The translations under genes and the position numbers were made by a program. DNA of 64,000 nt from Felis catus (Eukaryota), in NCBI RefSeq assembly GCF_018350175.1, contig NC_058383.1:7254001-7318000 (forward strand), read 5' to 3'. The notes beneath the pieces are model-generated. The model was not told where the DNA came from. It did not search any database and saw only the letters and a program-made list of their open reading frames with translations. The first letter of the stretch is position 1. Every line of letters begins with the position of its first letter. Positions 58,683 to 64,000 of the stretch are shown in pieces.

Positions 58683-59203
58683 GGTGGGGCAGATGAAGGA
58701 GAGGAGCAAGTCTACCTTGTTGCGGATGATGAGACACCCTGGGTGGATGCTGTGGCGGCAGGGCCAGACTGAGGGTTATTTTCCAGGCATCCGCAAAGGC
58801 CAGGTGGAGGTCACCAAAGGCAGCTCAGAGGAGCTGGTTAACCTAGAGGGTGAACCAGTACCTGCCATACATAGACTCGTAGTTGGTGTTGACCAGTTTG
58901 ATGACCACAAGAGTGCACAGTTCCCAGGCCAACGGTGCAGCCACAGCCGCCCAGATCCCTGCCAGTCATCAGATAAAGATAAATGAAGTGAAGGTGGCGA
59001 TGTGGGCACCCAGCCTCAGAACTATCACGGTGTGGGGGCCCCTGGCCAGGTTCCCCACCTTCTGGGCCACAGAGTGTGGGGAGGCCACTGGTGTGCGGAG
59101 GGAGTGTAGGGGCCAGCTGTGTGCTCACCAATGCAGCACTGTGCCCTGAGTGATCTCCATGGCCCCATCTGATATGTGGAGTGTAGATCCAATAGCTTCA
59201 GGG
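58683..59203 (-). pseudogene. NXPE-family (SGNH/PC-esterase, Nxpe5-like) terminal exon, pseudogenised
   Basis: Acceptor ctcatag|CC at 59203. Translation LKLLDLHSTYQ...VLHW*AHSWPLHSLRTPVAS...GPHTVIVLRLGAH...**LAGIWAAV...TLVVIKLVNT...WFTL*VNQLL*AAF...DAWK...IHP...LLSFICPT. Stops at 59127-59125, 58971-58966 (two), 58845-58843 and 58827-58825, plus two frameshifts. Confidence 0.85.
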
Positions 59204-60737
59204 CTATGAGGGGGATGAAAAGGAGGGGATGGGGGTTATAGAGAACTATGCACTTTCAACTTGTACAAATAAAAATTCCAATCCCGACTTACTTTCCATA
59301 ACATGGTACTCTTGCCCATGATTCTGGTCTGGTCATCTAGAGCCAACACATCTCTTTGGCCACACTGACTGTCTCCACAATGGACAGGTCACCTAAGCTA
59401 GTCCAGGTTTGGTCATCTTAGGGGTTTTGCTGGAGCTAAAAGAAAAGTCAAGTTCTTTCCTGAAAGACTGACATGGGAGATGTATGGAAGTGTGGAATCA
59501 CTATATTTACATACATCACTATATGAAGTGATGCTACACTGAAGCTAATGCTACACTGTATGTTCACTAACTGGAATTTAAACAAAAACTTAAAAAACAA
59601 AAAACAAAAACACCACACTGACCTGAGAGGATAGGTCATTTGCCACTCTGTGGGAAGAGCCCAGGGCTCTGGGGCCAAGTGGAGGCTGAGAATGAAGCTG
59701 AACTGTAGGGGGCAGAAATGAGCAGTTATGAGAAATAGACCCCGGGGAGAAATCTGAGTGCTGAATTCAAGCCAGATCCGCTGCTGAACTCCTGAGTCAC
59801 CAGGGCTAATCAACCCCTTTGCTGCCTGAAAGGCTTTGACTGTGTTTTCAGTCACAACAAGAGGAGTCCTGGGTGGATACAAACACAGGTGGAAATGACC
59901 CATTAGAGAGAGAGGCCTCGGAAATGGCGGGAAAGCAGCATTCGAGGTGGGGCCCAGAGTGACTGTACTCTTAGAAGTTTCTTTTAGCTTCCTTCTTGTG
60001 TAAATTCTTAGGAAAACTTGACCCATATGATTAGATACTTGTACTTGCAGATATTCAGTGGCTCCACATCGCACACTTTCTCGTCCAGTCATCTCTGAGA
60101 CAAACTTTCCCTGCTCCAGTTTGGCAGGACTGCCTGCTTCCTTCCAGACTCCTCTACTCCTTCTCTCCTGCAGGCCTTTGATCCTGCTCTATTCCTGCTG
60201 GCCTCCCTCTGTTCTGTACCATCCATGGATCCAGGCTCAACTCAGCTCATCTACAGAAAAACCTCCCCTGATTTTTCCAGCTCTTCTTTAAACTCTTGCA
60301 GTGCATTCTATGTATTATTCACTTAACATTAGATATACCCAGTGTTGATAATTTTTTCTGGAAATGTCCTCTCCTCATTGTGCCCCTTGAGAGCAGAAAC
60401 TAAGGAAAAAACAAAACAAAACAAAAAAAAACTTCTCTGAATGCTCCAGAGCTTGTGTTATGTCTACAAATGCCATGTAATAGACACATGCTATTTTTCT
60501 CAGCTCTGACTCCTTGCCCAGGACTTCAGGGTCTGTCTCTGCCCATTCTCTGGAGAAGTTCCAGTATCCTGTGCACTCTGCGAACAAAGGGGTGCCACTC
60601 AGAGCCCTCCTGTTCACCTCTTCCTATATGAAGCTCCAGGTGTCTTGCCAGAGGGCTTTGGGGCCGGGATCCCAGGGTGGTATGGGAGTTGATGGATCAA
60701 AGCTGTAGGAGGGAGAAAAACAGAACAAGCTAAATAA

Positions 60738-61031
60738 CGGGAAGCTCCCCAAAGCAAGGCTGCAGGAACCAGCCTGTCTGAGGACAAATAAGCCAGGATG
60801 CAGCCAAAGGGCCTGCCCCCACCAGCCCATCTTGGGGCCTGTCCCGTGGTGGGGAAAGAAGGTTCAAGGGGTTCTCAGGAAGCTGGAAGTGTCCCCCATG
60901 ACAATGAAGCCTCCAGTGACCTGGACCTGGAGCAACTCCTGGAAGATGTTGGAGAAGAGCCGGAGCAGCTGGAGGAGCCACAGTGTGGAGATGACCCTGG
61001 GGAGTTCACCACGACCTTCTTTGAGGAATAG
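60738..61031 (+). pseudogene. ZCWPW1: ZCWPW1-like C-terminal exon fragment with in-frame stops
   Basis: EAPQSKA...SQEAGSVPHDNEASSDLDLEQLLEDVG...FFEE* matches the recalled ZCWPW1 C-terminus (APQSKA...QEAGSVPLEDEASSDLDLEQLMEDVG). In-frame TAA at 60789 and 60735. AATAAA at 61173-61178. No upstream ZCWPW1 exons recognised. Confidence 0.65.
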
Positions 61032-61934
61032 CTGTGTGCTCCTGCCTCACCCGCTTCCACAGGAGCAGCAGAGAGAGCCCCTCAGAGGGTCCCTGGGAAG
61101 CTACTAAGTGTGGGGTTTGTTCCTCAGCTACAGGTCAATTGGCTAAAGTCACGGCTCTGCAGTTTATGTGTTAATAAAACAGGTTACCGGCTTAAGTGGT
61201 TCCATTCGTCTCTAACCACATGCTTCCCTTGGCTTCTCTCCCCACCCCCCCCACCCCGGTCCCTGTGGCATGTCCCTGTTTCTGGTGGGAGGCCGGCACA
61301 GTACAGGGATCTGGGAAGGCAGTGAGACGCAAGTCCTGGAAGGAGGCCGTCGAGAAGGGCAGGTCTGGGTTCAGACCTGGCTCAGCCACTTACTAGGTGT
61401 GTGGCCTTGAGAAAAGCACTAACCATTCTGGGTCTTCTCTTCATGCCTCCGGTGAGTGCATCCAGGACTGTATAAGGTTGTTGGTGATGCTTACATGAGT
61501 GATGCACTTAACGCGGTACATGTTATGGTAGCAGAAGTAGAATGGTTAGATAAGGGGGCAGAGTCTGGGCTCTGGGCTGGCTGCCAGTGTTTGGTGTCCC
61601 CCACCTGGCCTGAAGGCAGTCACTGAACACCAGCCCTGGAGGAGGGATCTTGGGTGTGAGCTACTTTCACAGCTCATTTTTGGCGAGAAGGAAAAGACAG
61701 AAGATGCCATCAGTTTCTCCTTAGGTGCCTTCAGGCAAATCCTACTAGTACTTTTATTTTTGTGGGCAAGGGCTGGGCAGTTGAAGAGGGAATGGAAGCA
61801 GATGGCTCTGTTTCTCTCTGGTCCTTGGTGGCCTTCCACACCCACTGGCTTTTGTCTGTGTCTGGCCAGGGTTATTACTAGAAGCTGTGACCTTCTGTGC
61901 AGCTTAGTCTCAGGGAGTCCCCATTCAGTCCTGC

Positions 61935-62069
61935 TCACTGGGCCTTTCCGATAGAGTACAAGGTCTCCTGCGGGCTCTCCTTGGGAGGGGTGCAGGGAGG
62001 GGCTGCCGGTGACGAGCTGGAGAGGGTGAGGGAGGCATAGAGGATGCTGCTGTCATCCTGCACTTCATC
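61935..62069 (-). CDS. PILRA: PILRA-like inhibitory receptor, terminal coding exon with an ITIM (intact frame; functional status unknown)
   Basis: Acceptor ttttccttctttctcccccag|GAT at 62069. DEVQDDSSILYASLTLSSSSPAAPPCTPPKESPQETLYSIGKAQ* resembles the recalled PILRA end DDGIVYASLALSS...SPQNETLYSVLKA. AATAAA at 61758-61753. Confidence 0.72.
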   Translation of the reverse strand, partial: DEVQDDSSILYASLTLSSSSPAAPPCTPPKESPQETLYSIGKAQ

Positions 62070-63329
62070 CTGGGGGAGAAAGAAGGAAAAGGCGGTAGAC
62101 AGCAGAAGGGGAGTGGCGGCTGTTTCCCCTCCCTCCCTCCCCCTGCCGAACCTCAGGGCTGGAATGGGTGTCTGTGCTGCAGCCAGTTCCTCTCCACCCT
62201 CTGCCACTGAAACCTCTGCTGTCCCCCTGCCACCATCTCCCCTCCTGTCCTTCTGAGTCTGTCTACAGCGTTTCCCAAGGATCAGCCCCTGGTTCACAGA
62301 CATCCCCCCCACCACCCAACACTATCCTGGGAGGTCCCATCATCGACAGGGACAGCCCTCTGAACACACAGGACTCCTATGTCCCCCCAACTCTAGTGAC
62401 CTCCACTCCACTCAGCCATACCCTGGACTCCTTTTTATCCCTGGGATTGAGAACTCTGAAATATTAAGTGCCAGCATCATTTTTATGCTACAACTTTCTT
62501 TCCTTCCAGCTCTTTTTTATCATCAGCCTGTTTGGTATATCTGTGTTTTGACCCCCTGAACTCTTGTCCCTTAATAATCCACTTTCTTTTGGGCTGTCCA
62601 AGCTCCCTGCTCATCCTCTACTCTCTACTCCTGCCCTTTCACTAGCTCCTTGACCGCCTGTGTTCCTCTGTCCTTATGCCACACTTAGCTGACACAGCTC
62701 TAATTCTGGATGTGGCTGATGGTAGAGAATGCTATTAGCTTACCTAATATCCATTCATTTCTTCTTATTCAGCTACAGAACCTTGATTTTATTTGGGGTG
62801 GCAGTGTGCTGCCCTACTGACAGATGTGGGACATAGTACATCCTAGCCAGTAAGATTCAAAGGGAAGTTGTGGGTAGTGTTTTCAGGAAGACTCTTTAAA
62901 ATGAGGACAGACAGCTGTGGCATAGTCTTTTTTTTTTTTTTTTTTTTTTTTTCCTTTCTTCCTTCCTCCTGTTTCCTGTCTGGATTCAGAAATAATGGCT
63001 GGAGTCTGAGCAGCCATCTTGGATCATGAGGCAACCTTCAGGATAAAAGCCAGTAGCCGTAACAGTGAGCAGGAAGATAGAAGCCTGAGTGCCTAAGGAC
63101 AGTGTCCTCTGCTATCTGCTTCCTCATCCTTTTATATGAGGGAAAACAATAAACTCAGTCTTATTTAAGCCCTGTTACTTTTGGTCTCTGGTGCCAGCAG
63201 GTGAACGTAACTCCTAATGAACAAGTCCCAGAGGGTTCTAACCTGCATGAGGAAAAACATGAGGCAATGCCTTTACAGAGTTTATGGCTTCTCATCTGAG
63301 TTGAATCCTTAAATACTGTCTTCTATATC

Positions 63330-63850
63330 CTCAGTGACTATGTCATGTTTTTCTTCATCTCCAACCCTCATCCTCACTCTAGAGACAACCACTGTGATTT
63401 TTTCCTCTGCAGAATTAAAAACAATTTGTATATATTTGAGTTTATCAATATTTTTATTCATGGCTCTTAGGTTTTATGTTATACTTAGGGAGATCACCTC
63501 TACTCCATGGTTATAAAATAGTCTCACGTGCTTTATTCTGATGCTAGGGTTCTTCCCCTCCCCCCCATGCCGTCCACCCCCCATTTAACTCTTTGATTGA
63601 TCTCCATGGAATTTATTTTGGTGCAAATTATGAGATAACATTTTCTCAGATGGCTGCTCAATTGTTCCCTCACCATGTATTGAATTACTCATCTTTCCCT
63701 ATTGATTAGAAATGCCAGTTTTTAACCTACTAAATTCCTGAATATATTTTGACTTATTTTGTCCTGCCTATATTTGGGCTTTTCTCTTTTAATACATTGG
63801 TTTATCTGTGTATGAACATGACAGCATCGAATCATTTTAATTATTGCAGC
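63330..63850 (-). mobile_element. Old L1 fragment, antisense
   Basis: AT-rich antisense L1 text (ttaggttttatgtt, tctccatggaatttattttggtg, ttctcagatggctgctcaattgttccctcaccatgtattgaa). Confidence 0.55.
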
Positions 63851-64000
63851 TTAATAATTACAGGTGCTAGTGCTCACATAGTCCTTATTCTGTGCCAGGA
63901 TCTGTTCTCAATGAATTACATTTAATTGTCATGACAACCCCCAGGGTGAGTACTATCATTATTCTCATTTTACTGATGAGTAAGTTGAGGCACAGAGTAA

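Noticed and set aside
59448-60092. 214-aa minus-strand ORF between the NXPE remnant and the ZCWPW1 fragment
   Set aside because: It ends inside an L1 3' fragment and shows no NXPE motifs (no GDS) or other recognisable domain.
62420-62453. Possible 34-nt PILR cytoplasmic mini-exon (VLNPRDKKESR)
   Set aside because: Only LNPR resembles the recalled LNPK, and the phase does not match the recalled exon; too weak to call.

Overview
Mammalian genomic DNA. Abundant felid-type Can-SINEs point to a feliform carnivore, probably a cat. The window is syntenic with human 7q22.1. From left to right it contains: the last exon of ZNF3 (+); about 26 kb of repeat-rich DNA holding a decayed C2H2 zinc-finger pseudogene (-) and an ERVL-type pol remnant; COPS6 (+, 10 exons, 321 aa); MCM7 (-, 15 exons, 719 aa) with the miR-106b/93/25 cluster in intron 13; AP4M1 (+, 15 exons, 453 aa, U12-type intron 1); TAF6 (-, exon 4 mostly inside an N gap); CNPY4 (+, 246 aa); and MBLAC1 (+, 250 aa). 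I traced exon boundaries by hand; the summed CDS lengths are in frame for COPS6, MCM7, AP4M1 and CNPY4. The most unusual part is the last 6 kb: an NXPE-family terminal exon with five nonsense codons, directly followed by a stop-containing ZCWPW1 3' fragment (+) facing a PILRA-like ITIM exon (-). In human that pair lies further away and in the opposite orientation. ZNF3 also appears inverted relative to COPS6 compared with human and mouse. All homology and orientation calls rest on recalled sequences and gene orders, not database searches. Four N gaps (1293-1444, 21011-21143, 25782-25973, 46911-47107) limit certainty. No tRNA, rRNA or CRISPR array was found.
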